DNA from: Vibrio sp. | GTDB lineage: Bacteria; Pseudomonadota; Gammaproteobacteria; Enterobacterales; Vibrionaceae | Length of the DNA: 64,000 nt | Assembly: GCF_048266485.1 (NCBI RefSeq) | Contig: NZ_JBLWZK010000008.1 | Location: 39,763-103,762 of the forward strand | Direction of reading: 5' to 3' | Part shown: positions 29,748-39,825 of the stretch, piece by piece | Position numbering within the stretch: position 1 is the stretch's first letter | Layout of the letters: each line of letters begins with the position of its first letter | The notes under the pieces: model-generated | The model's database searches: none | The model's input: only the letters and a program-made list of their open reading frames with translations | Told to the model about the DNA's origin: nothing | Made by a program: the position numbers and the translations under genes

Positions 29748-31763
29748 TTACTTTCTTAACAAATAGATAAAGTAGCCACCACCAATCAGTGATGCCAGCA
29801 GCCCTGCAGGTACTTGCCAAGGAAACCAAATATTGCGACCTAACCAGTCCGCTAATAACATGATGTTACTGCCTATCGCGCAGGACAAGAGCATTTGATG
29901 TCGTGCGCTATATTGTCCCATTGATTTAGCCATATGCGGTGCCAATAAACCGACAAAACTCAGGGGCCCCACCACAATCACAGCCAACGCAGTAAGCATC
30001 GATGCAAACAACATTAAACATTGTCGAACTCGATAGGTATTCAGCCCTAAAGCACTCGCGGTAATATTGCCTAGCGCCATCAAATCTAGCCAGCGGTGAC
30101 AAGTAAATAATCCAGCCGCTAACAATACCGTGCCAACGATCAAAAGTAAGGAATCTGACCACGCCACTAAATAAGTTGAACCGGATAACCAAGCTAATAA
30201 GGCTTTCACTTGCTCGTTACCAGAGGCTAATGAAATTCGAATCAATGAATCTAATAAGGCGCTTAATGCCACACCTGTCAATAACATTTTCACTGGCGAA
30301 AGTTGGCTCTTACGGCTAAACCACCACACCATAAACATGATGAATAAGGCTCCACCAGTGCCAAGCAGTAACTGCTCAAAACGCGTCACCGAACCAAACA
30401 ACAACACGCCCAGCACTAAAGCAAAAGCAGCACCAGAACTGATACCAATCACTTCCGGGCTCGACATTGGGTTGCCCGTAATTCGTTGAATAATGCTACC
30501 CGCTAATGCCAATGCAGAACCGGCAAAAATCGCCACCAGTACTCTTGGCATTCTTAAATCTAAAACGCTATGTGCAAAGCTCAGTTGCCAGCCGAATTGG
30601 CTTTGTCCTAAAAACAAAGACATCAAAGTAAACGCCACTAACACCAATACTGAAATCACAAATACTGGTAGGAAGGTTTGTTCAGAAAATTGTGGATCAG
30701 AGCCTGGCTGAAACTTTTGCGAACTCGACCAGGTTTGTTTATTCAATAGCCACAGTAAACACGGCGCGCCAATCAAAGCCGTGACTGAACCTGTTGGTAA
30801 TAACTCCCCTGCCACTCCCGCAAAAGGCATGACTAATAGATCAGTTAAAAGCAACAAAACCGCGCCCATTAACGTACTGAGCAATAATTGAGAAATCAGT
30901 CGTCTGGCCCCTAATAATTTGGCAAGACTTGGGGCAACCAAACCAATAAAACTGATAATACCCACTTCACTGACAATACTTGAGGTGACAAACACCGCAA
31001 TCACCAAAGCAGCGATCCGCAATAACCCCACTTTGACGCCAATCGATGAGGCAACATCTTCACCGAGCTGCAAAATAGACAATGGACGCTGAATCACTAG
31101 CAGGAGCAATAATGCAATCGCAATTTGTGGCAATAAATGCGCGACACCACTCCAATCATTTTGATCTAATGCTCCGGCTCCCCAAATAAACAAGCCAGTT
31201 AATTGCTGTTCATTAAATAGGATCAACACCATGTTGAGTGAGCCTAAGAATAATGTCACCACCATGCCTGCTAACACCATTTGTAGTGGTGCAAAGCCTT
31301 TGTGGGCGGTCAGTAAAAACACTAAACCTGTCGCTATTAATCCACCGATAAAAGCGAGCGTTTTCGGTGTCAGCCAAAACAAACCACTCAACTCGGAATG
31401 CCAAGCCGATAAAGGAAGTAATAATGCAATCGCAACCCCTAACTGAGCCCCCGAAGCCACACCTAGCGTGGTTGGTGAAGCCAATGGATTCCTTAATACG
31501 GTTTGCATTACGGAGCCAGCAAGCGCCAATCCTGCGCCACACAACAACGCCATCATCAAACGTGGAAAATAACTGTAATGCAAGATAACTTGCTGATAGC
31601 TTTCTTGATCAGGAGAGAATAAAGCTTGAACCAACTGATCAATAGGTAATGAATACGGCATACTAGCTTTAATCAATAGGTTTAATAACCCAATGATCAG
31701 CGCAACGAAGACACCATATTTCATCACACCAAATTTAAAAGGAGTCGGGAGCGCAGCGTCCAT
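29748..31763 (-). CDS. fhuB: FhuB hydroxamate ABC permease (duplicated FecCD domains)
   Basis: 671 aa with two FecCD halves (LRNPLASPTTLGV and ITGNPMSSPEVIG). Confidence 0.92.
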   Translation of the reverse strand: MDAALPTPFKFGVMKYGVFVALIIGLLNLLIKASMPYSLPIDQLVQALFSPDQESYQQVILHYSYFPRLMMALLCGAGLALAGSVMQTVLRNPLASPTTLGVASGAQLGVAIALLLPLSAWHSELSGLFWLTPKTLAFIGGLIATGLVFLLTAHKGFAPLQMVLAGMVVTLFLGSLNMVLILFNEQQLTGLFIWGAGALDQNDWSGVAHLLPQIAIALLLLLVIQRPLSILQLGEDVASSIGVKVGLLRIAALVIAVFVTSSIVSEVGIISFIGLVAPSLAKLLGARRLISQLLLSTLMGAVLLLLTDLLVMPFAGVAGELLPTGSVTALIGAPCLLWLLNKQTWSSSQKFQPGSDPQFSEQTFLPVFVISVLVLVAFTLMSLFLGQSQFGWQLSFAHSVLDLRMPRVLVAIFAGSALALAGSIIQRITGNPMSSPEVIGISSGAAFALVLGVLLFGSVTRFEQLLLGTGGALFIMFMVWWFSRKSQLSPVKMLLTGVALSALLDSLIRISLASGNEQVKALLAWLSGSTYLVAWSDSLLLIVGTVLLAAGLFTCHRWLDLMALGNITASALGLNTYRVRQCLMLFASMLTALAVIVVGPLSFVGLLAPHMAKSMGQYSARHQMLLSCAIGSNIMLLADWLGRNIWFPWQVPAGLLASLIGGGYFIYLLRK

Positions 31764-32702
31764 CTACTTTGCCTTAACCTGTGATTCTATAGTGTTGGTT
31801 TGCGTTAAGGCTCGAGTAACTTCATCACTGAACTTTTGCGCAGCTAACAGTCCGCCAAACGTCCATACCGGTGGTAACTCATGGGCACGCTGCTCACGTA
31901 CAAACTTCATGACTTTCCAAATAGGATTACTATTGAGCAGTTTTCTTTCATCACCGGTTAATGGTCCATAATAGAAAACTTCAGAGTCTTGAAATGGCGC
32001 TAATTGTTGAACGGTAGCTGAGCTAAACCCCCAGCTATTGCCTTGCTGTTGCCAAGCATTGGTTAATCCCATCAACTGAATCGTTTCTCCAGATAAAGAA
32101 GCATTACCATGGATGCGGATATGTTGCTCACCGATAAAACGGATCAATAACAAGGGAGAAATAGTTGTTTGAGAATCTTTTTCGAACTGTTCAATGCGCT
32201 GTTTGTTAGCTTGGATCTTTTCATCAAAATCAGCAATCACTTGCTCTGCTTGCTCACTACGATGTAACACTTTACCGAGATTACGAACTTGAGATTTGGC
32301 ATTTTCTATCGGTTGATGTGAATCAGTATAAATACTTAACACCATGGTTGGCGCAATGGCATTCAACTTTTGATAAGCTGGACTCATCGCATTACTCATC
32401 AAAATAAGATCTGGCTTCATTTGTGCGAGCAGCTCTAGGTTTGGCTCTCTTCTTGAACCAACACTGACAACACTTTCCGGTAATTGTGGTGAGACAACCC
32501 AAGCTTGGTAACCCTTAACATCCGCAATACCTACTGGAGTCACACCGAGCGCTAACAAATGTTCCGTCAACACCCAATCCAATGCCACAACTTTTTGTGG
32601 GATGGAATTAAATGTAACTACCCCCATCTCATGCTTAAAGCTTTCAGCGTGAGAACTAAACGATGCCCACAGCATTAAGAATGAGACTAACCAGCTTTTC
32701 AT
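31764..32702 (-). CDS. fhuD: FhuD periplasmic siderophore-binding protein
   Basis: VVALDW, VGSRREPNLELL and VWTFGG motifs. Confidence 0.9.
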   Translation of the reverse strand: MKSWLVSFLMLWASFSSHAESFKHEMGVVTFNSIPQKVVALDWVLTEHLLALGVTPVGIADVKGYQAWVVSPQLPESVVSVGSRREPNLELLAQMKPDLILMSNAMSPAYQKLNAIAPTMVLSIYTDSHQPIENAKSQVRNLGKVLHRSEQAEQVIADFDEKIQANKQRIEQFEKDSQTTISPLLLIRFIGEQHIRIHGNASLSGETIQLMGLTNAWQQQGNSWGFSSATVQQLAPFQDSEVFYYGPLTGDERKLLNSNPIWKVMKFVREQRAHELPPVWTFGGLLAAQKFSDEVTRALTQTNTIESQVKAK

Positions 32703-32744
32703 ACAAACTTCCTTTTAAATACATCTATATATGATGAGTACCAA

Positions 32745-33512
32745 TTAACGGATATAGCTGATCGCATGACCAGATTCAGGATGAACAAATAAATCGAGTG
32801 GGATGCCGTAAATTTGATGCAGAACATCTTGCTGCATTAACTCATCAGGCGCGCCACTGGCTAACACTTTTCCTGAATGTAACGCCACCATATGATCACT
32901 GAATCTTGCCGCCATATTGATGTCATGCAGCACCATGATCACGGTTAACCCTAATTCCTGGTTTAACTCTCTCACCAAGGCTAATAATTCATATTGGTGA
33001 GCAACATCTAATGCCGAAGTAGGTTCATCTAATAAAATACATTCGCTTTTTTGTGCCAGTAACATCGCCATCCAAGCACGCTGTCTTTCGCCACCAGAAA
33101 GCGTCGCCACAAAACGATCTTGCATATGGGTGAGCTCCACTTGCTCAATGGCCTGATCGATATATTCTTCATCTTGGGAGGTGTAGCGGCCGAACAACCC
33201 TTTCCACGGATAACGACCAAAGCGTACTAACTCGCGAACTTTGACCCCATCAGTCAACGGGGGATGTTGCGGTAAATAAGCAACTTTAAGTGCAAATTCC
33301 TTGGCCGATAATTCAGATAATGGTTCTTCATCTAATAAAATACGGCCTTGGCTGGCTTGCTGTTGCCTTGCTAACATCTTAATCAACGTGGATTTCCCAC
33401 TACCATTATGACCAAGCAAACTGGTGATCTTGCCCTTTTCAAAGCTTAAAGACATCGGACTTAAAATGGTTTTATTTTGAGTCTCAAACGTAACATCCTG
33501 TAATCGAAACAT
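32745..33512 (-). CDS. fhuC: FhuC ABC ATPase
   Basis: GHNGSGKST, LSGGERQR, LLDEPT and VLHDIN motifs. Start at 33512 has RBS AAGGA. Confidence 0.93.
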   Translation of the reverse strand: MFRLQDVTFETQNKTILSPMSLSFEKGKITSLLGHNGSGKSTLIKMLARQQQASQGRILLDEEPLSELSAKEFALKVAYLPQHPPLTDGVKVRELVRFGRYPWKGLFGRYTSQDEEYIDQAIEQVELTHMQDRFVATLSGGERQRAWMAMLLAQKSECILLDEPTSALDVAHQYELLALVRELNQELGLTVIMVLHDINMAARFSDHMVALHSGKVLASGAPDELMQQDVLHQIYGIPLDLFVHPESGHAISYIR

Positions 33513-33549
33513 ATCCTTAAGCTCACTAAGCAAATCAAACTACACAAAT

Positions 33550-33568
33550 AGTAATGATTATCATAACC
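33550..33568. promoter_or_regulatory. Fur box upstream of fhuC
   Basis: Reverse complement GGTTATGATAATCATTACT is 15/19 to GATAATGATAATCATTATC. Confidence 0.8.
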
Positions 33569-33662
33569 AGTATCAATAACGTTTTAAATTTATATACAAT
33601 TCAATGGCACTTTTTTTGATATTTTCTGAATCAGAATTTATCCTTTTCTGTAGTCTAAATAG

Positions 33663-35411
33663 CTAGATAAGTAGCGGGTTGGCGATAGGATCGGCTAATT
33701 CTGGTAATGGCCTTTCACTGCTATCTCCTAATCCAATTTTAAAACGTACTTTATTAAGACAAATCTTATCTATATGGGTAGTCAATAGATCTAAAGCTTT
33801 AAAACGTTCGCTCAATTCCGGATGTTGAGCTTGGTAGTCCTGCAAAGTACTTTTTAGTAATCGGTAAAATTCCGGCTCACTCACTCCACCAGCTTCAAGC
33901 ATTGGAGAAACAAAACGCAGCACCGTCACAAAATGTCCAGTAAGTAAATCATGGATAAGATAATGAGCCGGCAAACGAACAAGGTTGGCTTGAATATCAT
34001 GATCAAGTGTTGAAAGCTCAGGATAATCTTGCTCGATTAATCGCAAGTCACCGTGAAAATCTTTAATCAAACAGCCAACTGGGAAGTGGTTTTGTAAAAT
34101 CAAAGTGACGTTTTGTCCATGCGCTACGATTCCCACACCATATTTAGCCATTAAATGATAAATAGGCACCACAACATGAGTAAACATCGCTTTCAACCAA
34201 TCTTGAGGAGTTCGATTTGATAAGTGAATTAACGCTTCAATGCACGGCTCACCACTTAAATCTTTTTGCATTAGGGTTGCCATTGAAAGAGGTCTTTGGT
34301 GTTCACTCAGTAAGCTTTCTGCACGTTCTCGCCAAATACAACCCAGCATTTCTTGATAACGATATGGCCCGTCGATTTTAGATTGATAAGGATGAGGGCA
34401 ATACACCCCACCAATTTCTTGTTGAACTCGCAGGCCAAGCTCATTTAAAACCACATCTTGTTTTGCAATATCCGCCAACCAAGTTGAGATACGTGCACCA
34501 TGCGCAATATATTTGCCAGGAATCCCTCGATAGCAAGAGGTATTTAAGATCGTTAATGCGGTTTTGATGTCTACATCCACACTCGGTATTTCTGCCGTTA
34601 ATGTTCTAATCGATTGCTGGGCCAACCACTTCACTGTCGTTGTACCGAGATCGATCAATTTATTTTCAACGAAATACTGTAAAAATTGGCTTTGAAGATA
34701 ACGCTGCAACTGCCATGGATGTACAAGAATAATATCAAACTGATCTAACCCATCTGACGGCAATTTATCGAGTAGCAAATGCCATTCTTGCTCGGTGACA
34801 AAAGAAGCAAATAAATCCTGAATATCTAAGCCAACTTTAAACCCAGACACAGAAATCGATTTATCCACCGCCAAGAAATGTAGTGCAAATGCTTGACCTG
34901 ATTCAGGAGAATAACGCTCAAGATCGTGCTCCCCCCACCCTAAACGGCCTTTATTGGCGATTAATTTAGGATGAGCATTTAAATATTTTTGTCTCGTGAT
35001 TTCATCACACTGGACAATATCAAAAGCGGTAAGCCCTTGTTGGACTTCCAAGCTACGCAACTCACTTCTTAGCGTCTGCTGAACCTCTTCAAAAAAGCCA
35101 GCTAAATTCATATCAGAAATATTGAGTACAGGTTGTAAATCGATCAATAAATCATTTAATAAAGGGACTTCACCATGACTCGATTGAATGGAAGCATTAT
35201 CAATGTTGAGCATGCCCCATACCGTTTCTTGTGCTTCAAATCTCCATTGATGATCCCCGAAATCGAGTACATAACTTTCCTTGCTCGATGTTTGAGTATT
35301 AGGTGCTTGAGCGCTCAATGGTGCACATTCAATTAACTGCTCAAAATGAATTTCACTTAATGTTTTACCAATCAAATTACGGTTTGCTTGTTCCCAAAAT
35401 TTATATGACAT
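33663..35411 (-). CDS. iucC: NIS synthetase type C, IucC-like
   Basis: AHPKLIANKGRLGW, VHPWQ, QQSIRTL, AHGQN, KDFHGD and RLPAHYLIHDLLTGHF motifs. Confidence 0.88.
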   Translation of the reverse strand: MSYKFWEQANRNLIGKTLSEIHFEQLIECAPLSAQAPNTQTSSKESYVLDFGDHQWRFEAQETVWGMLNIDNASIQSSHGEVPLLNDLLIDLQPVLNISDMNLAGFFEEVQQTLRSELRSLEVQQGLTAFDIVQCDEITRQKYLNAHPKLIANKGRLGWGEHDLERYSPESGQAFALHFLAVDKSISVSGFKVGLDIQDLFASFVTEQEWHLLLDKLPSDGLDQFDIILVHPWQLQRYLQSQFLQYFVENKLIDLGTTTVKWLAQQSIRTLTAEIPSVDVDIKTALTILNTSCYRGIPGKYIAHGARISTWLADIAKQDVVLNELGLRVQQEIGGVYCPHPYQSKIDGPYRYQEMLGCIWRERAESLLSEHQRPLSMATLMQKDLSGEPCIEALIHLSNRTPQDWLKAMFTHVVVPIYHLMAKYGVGIVAHGQNVTLILQNHFPVGCLIKDFHGDLRLIEQDYPELSTLDHDIQANLVRLPAHYLIHDLLTGHFVTVLRFVSPMLEAGGVSEPEFYRLLKSTLQDYQAQHPELSERFKALDLLTTHIDKICLNKVRFKIGLGDSSERPLPELADPIANPLLI

Positions 35412-35540
35412 GCAGCCTCCTACCCCCCAATAACCACAAATAAGTCATTGATATTTATTCGTATGACAAACTTATGTAGCACGAAATAATCACCAAAAAT
35501 CCCCCTTAATGTATTGACATCCACACCAAAGATCAACAAT

Positions 35541-35565
35541 CATAATGATAATTATTTGCATTATC
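35541..35565. promoter_or_regulatory. Overlapping Fur boxes in the divergent iucC / MFS promoter
   Basis: CATAATGATAATTATTTGC and GATAATTATTTGCATTATC, each 15/19 to consensus. Confidence 0.8.
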
Positions 35566-35582
35566 ATTTAGGTTTGTGTTTT

Positions 35583-36758
35583 ATGTGGTTATTTGGATCA
35601 CTATTTACTTTAGGAATTAATCAGACATTACTGATCGCACTCCTACCACAAATAGCCGTGCTTTTTAACGTCGATGCACAAAGCCATCAATTAGGACTGA
35701 TCGCAATAGCGATTAATGTCAATTTAATTAGTTATTGGGTGGGTTCAGGGATATGGGGAAAGTATCTTAATCGTATAAGTTTGACACAAGCCTATTGGAT
35801 CGCAGGGATTGGATATATAACATGTCATATTCTTTTCATTGCCGCCCTGTTTCACTTATCAAGTCCGCAACTTTGGTTAGCCGCATTAAGTCGATTTGGA
35901 CTTGGTTTATTCAGCAGTGCATTTATGCCAATAGGACAAACCTATCTCACTCACAAGCGACCTGCCGAATTAAATAACATATCAAAACTCAGTGGTATCG
36001 CCACGCTTGGTCGATTACTCGGCCCGACTTTGGTTTTTTTACCTTTAGGGTTATCCAATATTCTGTTACTCACACTACTCCCTATCGGCGTGAGTTTATT
36101 GTTCATAAAATGGTTAGCTAAAAACGATTTAAACCTGACTTTCATCCCCAATCATACCAAAGCGGTTTCTTCAATAAAGCTAGCTCAGGCATATAAATTG
36201 ACCTTTTTGACTGCATGTTTAACTACCATGCTGGTCGCTATATACCAATTAATGCTAGTGCCTTATTTAAGTAAGTTAGGATTAAACTCCCAGCAAATAT
36301 CCAACTACCTTGCGGGTATGATGTTGGCAATTAGCAGTTTAATGACCATCAATCAAATGTGGCTCACCCCTAAATTATTAGCTCGACCAACATTGATTTG
36401 GCACTTCATCAGTTGGCCTCTTGCTTTTTGTGGCTACATTCTCGCCACTTTTGAACATAGTTTGATAACGTTAATTATATTTAGCACAGCATTGACCATT
36501 GCGTTATCAAATCTACCAGCCTGGTATTCCAAGCAACTTTTATTTGTTAATCGAGACACTCCCCATACCAGTCAACTCAGCGGCCTCTTAGCGCAATCTC
36601 ATTCTAGCGGGCACCTGATTGGCACTGCATTGGCATCTTTAGCAGTCTACTTAAATATCAACGCTGAATATCTGCTGATCATGTTTATTTCAATATTAGT
36701 GCTTAGTGCGGTGTTGCTTAAACGTCAACACCTCACCCAAGCCTCAATCGTAAATTAA
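35583..36758 (+). CDS. MFS transporter, probable siderophore exporter (ShiF-like position)
   Basis: About 12 hydrophobic segments, SRFGLGLF and GRLLGP motifs. Start moved from the TTG at 35514 to the ATG at 35583 because the upstream part is occupied by Fur boxes. Confidence 0.75.
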   Translation: MWLFGSLFTLGINQTLLIALLPQIAVLFNVDAQSHQLGLIAIAINVNLISYWVGSGIWGKYLNRISLTQAYWIAGIGYITCHILFIAALFHLSSPQLWLAALSRFGLGLFSSAFMPIGQTYLTHKRPAELNNISKLSGIATLGRLLGPTLVFLPLGLSNILLLTLLPIGVSLLFIKWLAKNDLNLTFIPNHTKAVSSIKLAQAYKLTFLTACLTTMLVAIYQLMLVPYLSKLGLNSQQISNYLAGMMLAISSLMTINQMWLTPKLLARPTLIWHFISWPLAFCGYILATFEHSLITLIIFSTALTIALSNLPAWYSKQLLFVNRDTPHTSQLSGLLAQSHSSGHLIGTALASLAVYLNINAEYLLIMFISILVLSAVLLKRQHLTQASIVN

Positions 36759-36804
36759 CCCGTCCAATTTATGGACCGTCACTGCTTCATATAAAGGAAA
36801 ACAT

Positions 36805-39594
36805 ATGTCTATCTACCCATTAGCTATTCCAGATAGCACAGTACAACACACCTCAAGTTTAGGATTACAAAGCTTTTTCAATAGTTTTTTGATGGAAACA
36901 AAAGGTTGTCGAGTCGTTCAGCAACACCTTTATATTTCACTTGGTGAACAACAATTAGCCTTACCATTAAGCTATGTATCGGCACTAGGGCGTCATCGTT
37001 ATCAAGGCGATATCTACTTAATTAACCATGCAGAAACTCACGACGATCACCAAGTAGATTCGAGTATAAATAATGCGAATAAAATCAATTTTTCACGTGC
37101 CGTATCGTTATTAGTCTCTTACTACTACCCTCATATAGATTCTAAAACGCATGATCGTTTCTTTAACCGAGTCGGAGAGTCAACACGCTATATTAATCGT
37201 GCAATGTTAGCACTAGAGCAACGCTCTCAGCTCGATCTTTCGGCAGATTGTTTCATTCAATCAGAACAATCTTTAGTTGGTGGACATAGCATGCACCCAG
37301 CACCGAAAAGCAGCGAACCTTTAACGGAAGAACAGCAATATGCGTACCTTCCGGAATACGCTCAAAGTTTTGCCATTGAATGGTTCGCCATCCACCCTAA
37401 TTACATCGCCTCACAAACAGAAGCATCGCAGCTTCTCCATACCTTTAAAGCGCTATTACAAAGCAATTTATCTTTAGATGGAAAAACAACCCATCATATA
37501 CCATCGCTAATTCAACAAGGTTGGCTTGCACTACCTATGCATCCATTACAAGCCAAAGAGTGGCGAGAAAACATTAAAAAGTACGACCTATCTGAATATG
37601 TTGTTGATTGTCAACTCTGCACGCATGGCTGGACTGCTACTTCATCCACTAGAGCGATTTATCACCCTCAATTGGCTTGGATGCTCAAAGTCTCTCTGCC
37701 GGTTAAGTTAACCAATTCTTTACGCCTACTTAGTGAAAAAGAAGCCAAACGAGGTGTTCAGTTTAGTCAGATATTACAGACTGCTGTGGGTCAAGAGATG
37801 CAACAAAGAATGCCTAACACTGAATTTATCCAAGAGCCAATTTGGGCTTCAGTAAAAGACTCAAATGGTCAGTGTCTAGACTTACCTTTAGTTTGCTTAA
37901 GAGAAAACGTCTTTTACCACTTTCAAGATTCCCTCACCACTCAACCCAATACTCATCTTCTTGCCACTGCGAATCAAAATATCAATGGTGAAAGTCAAAT
38001 AGGACAATGGGTCAAAAGCTACGCACAAGAAAATCAACTGCCATTATCGGTAGCAGCGCGTCAATGGCTAAATCAATTTATGAACAACGTTATTCACCCA
38101 CTATGTATTGCTCGTAGTGATTACGGCATCATTTTTTTAGCACACCAACAAAACATCCTGTTAGATATTGATAATAACCTACCAATCGGTATGAAATATC
38201 GAGACTGCCAAGGGATTGGATTAACGGATGTTGCCCTTCAAAAATTTTCCGAGCTTTTCGATAACCAAGAGCCCGAATATTTTGTGTCACAAGATAAAGT
38301 TGATCCCTACCTTTCTTATTATTTGGTTGGCAATACATTACTCAATACCATTGCAACCATCTGTGCAGATACGCAAATAAAGGAGCATGAACTATGGTCT
38401 AGTTGCCAACACACATTTTCTCAATGGCGTCAAGCTCGACCGATAGACTCCGGTTTCTATGATTACTTACTCAAATCACCAACACTAAGATGGAAGCGTA
38501 ATTTTTTCTGTTTCTTATCTAACTTTAACGAATCAACTTTACTGGACCCTAGTCAGATTTATTGCGAAATTGAAAATCCATTTTATGACGCTCAACCAAA
38601 AGAGAGACTATATAAACCTTTACCTTCCAATTCCCATCAACCACGTAGTATTTGTATTGAGTCATTACAAACTCTGACTGAACAAGATCATTCACATCAA
38701 CGGTTCGCAATATATGAGTTGGGAGTATTACAAGGCGAATTCGATTTAATCTTGTCTCAAGGTGAGATCTATATCGATACCAAATTAACCGAGCCGATGT
38801 TGTGGTGGAGCGCAACAGAGCACGCGTTTTATACGAGTCATAAAGCCGAGCTACATTGTGGACATTGGCCTGACTTTGTTCTCCCTCACCTAACAGATGA
38901 AAAGCTATTACATAAAACCTTTCTACAAGTAGCTCCAATATGGCACCAACCAGCACAAATCACAGAGTCAAAACAAAGACAAACCGCGCCCAACGGCATT
39001 TCACATCCTATCCGTCCGCCTAAACCCGTGGGTACTGTCTATCAACGCTATTGTTACCACCTAAAGCGTACAGTGTCGTTTCGAATGATCGAAATTCACC
39101 GCGATTTAGACATTTTCCACCGTTGGCATAATCACCCATTAACGTCGCCAATTTGGGAACTAGAAGGTAGCTTAGGGATGCATTCACAATACTTGCAAAA
39201 ATTAGAACAAGACCCACATCAATTTGCCGTTATTGGAGAATTCGATGGGGTCGCTTTTGGATATTTTGAAGTGTACTGGGCAGCCGAAGATCGTCTAGGG
39301 CCTTATTACGAATTTCAAGACTATGACCGAGGTGTACACATCTTAGTTGGTAATTTTGACTACCGAGGGGGCACCTACTTTGATGCGTGGGGCAAGTCGA
39401 TTCTACATTATTGCTTCTTAGTTGAACCGCAAACCATGAGCACAGTAGGTGAGCCAAACGCGAAAAACTATCGAGTCGTCAAAATCACGGAACGAATTGG
39501 CATGAAAAAACAGTTCGAATTTGATTTTCCACATAAGCGTGCTGCATTGCTGCAATGTCAACGTCAAGATTTTTTTGAAAACGTCATTTTTTAA
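36805..39594 (+). CDS. Fused NIS synthetase type A (IucA-like) and hydroxylysine acyltransferase (IucB-like)
   Basis: N-terminal about 590 aa: GGHSMHPAPKS, PMHPLQ, TSSTRA, VKLTNSLRLL, AHQQN, RDCQG, ending IYCEIENPF. C-terminal part: PIRPPKP...FEVYWAAEDRLG...DRGVHILVG...EPN...EFDFPHKRA. One open frame of 929 aa. Confidence 0.9.
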   Translation: MSIYPLAIPDSTVQHTSSLGLQSFFNSFLMETKGCRVVQQHLYISLGEQQLALPLSYVSALGRHRYQGDIYLINHAETHDDHQVDSSINNANKINFSRAVSLLVSYYYPHIDSKTHDRFFNRVGESTRYINRAMLALEQRSQLDLSADCFIQSEQSLVGGHSMHPAPKSSEPLTEEQQYAYLPEYAQSFAIEWFAIHPNYIASQTEASQLLHTFKALLQSNLSLDGKTTHHIPSLIQQGWLALPMHPLQAKEWRENIKKYDLSEYVVDCQLCTHGWTATSSTRAIYHPQLAWMLKVSLPVKLTNSLRLLSEKEAKRGVQFSQILQTAVGQEMQQRMPNTEFIQEPIWASVKDSNGQCLDLPLVCLRENVFYHFQDSLTTQPNTHLLATANQNINGESQIGQWVKSYAQENQLPLSVAARQWLNQFMNNVIHPLCIARSDYGIIFLAHQQNILLDIDNNLPIGMKYRDCQGIGLTDVALQKFSELFDNQEPEYFVSQDKVDPYLSYYLVGNTLLNTIATICADTQIKEHELWSSCQHTFSQWRQARPIDSGFYDYLLKSPTLRWKRNFFCFLSNFNESTLLDPSQIYCEIENPFYDAQPKERLYKPLPSNSHQPRSICIESLQTLTEQDHSHQRFAIYELGVLQGEFDLILSQGEIYIDTKLTEPMLWWSATEHAFYTSHKAELHCGHWPDFVLPHLTDEKLLHKTFLQVAPIWHQPAQITESKQRQTAPNGISHPIRPPKPVGTVYQRYCYHLKRTVSFRMIEIHRDLDIFHRWHNHPLTSPIWELEGSLGMHSQYLQKLEQDPHQFAVIGEFDGVAFGYFEVYWAAEDRLGPYYEFQDYDRGVHILVGNFDYRGGTYFDAWGKSILHYCFLVEPQTMSTVGEPNAKNYRVVKITERIGMKKQFEFDFPHKRAALLQCQRQDFFENVIF

Positions 39595-39825
39595 TTTCGC
39601 CACTGTCAGTGATGCTAAACACATCATCACTGACATTGCTTATACCAATCAAATTAATTAGATGATCAGAGATTACGTAGGAAAAAGCCTTGAGAACAAG
39701 GCATAAATTTTCGATAAGTAGTTACTCTACAATCAAAATTTATAACGCAGTTATCGATGCTTTTCACAAGTAAGAATGATTAGATGATTAATGAGATTGG
39801 TATTAATACCTGTAGGGAACACATC

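Noticed and set aside
35514-35582. TTG-initiated N-terminal extension of the MFS gene
   Set aside because: The sequence is occupied by overlapping Fur boxes (the NHNDNYLHYH stretch is a translation of the operator).
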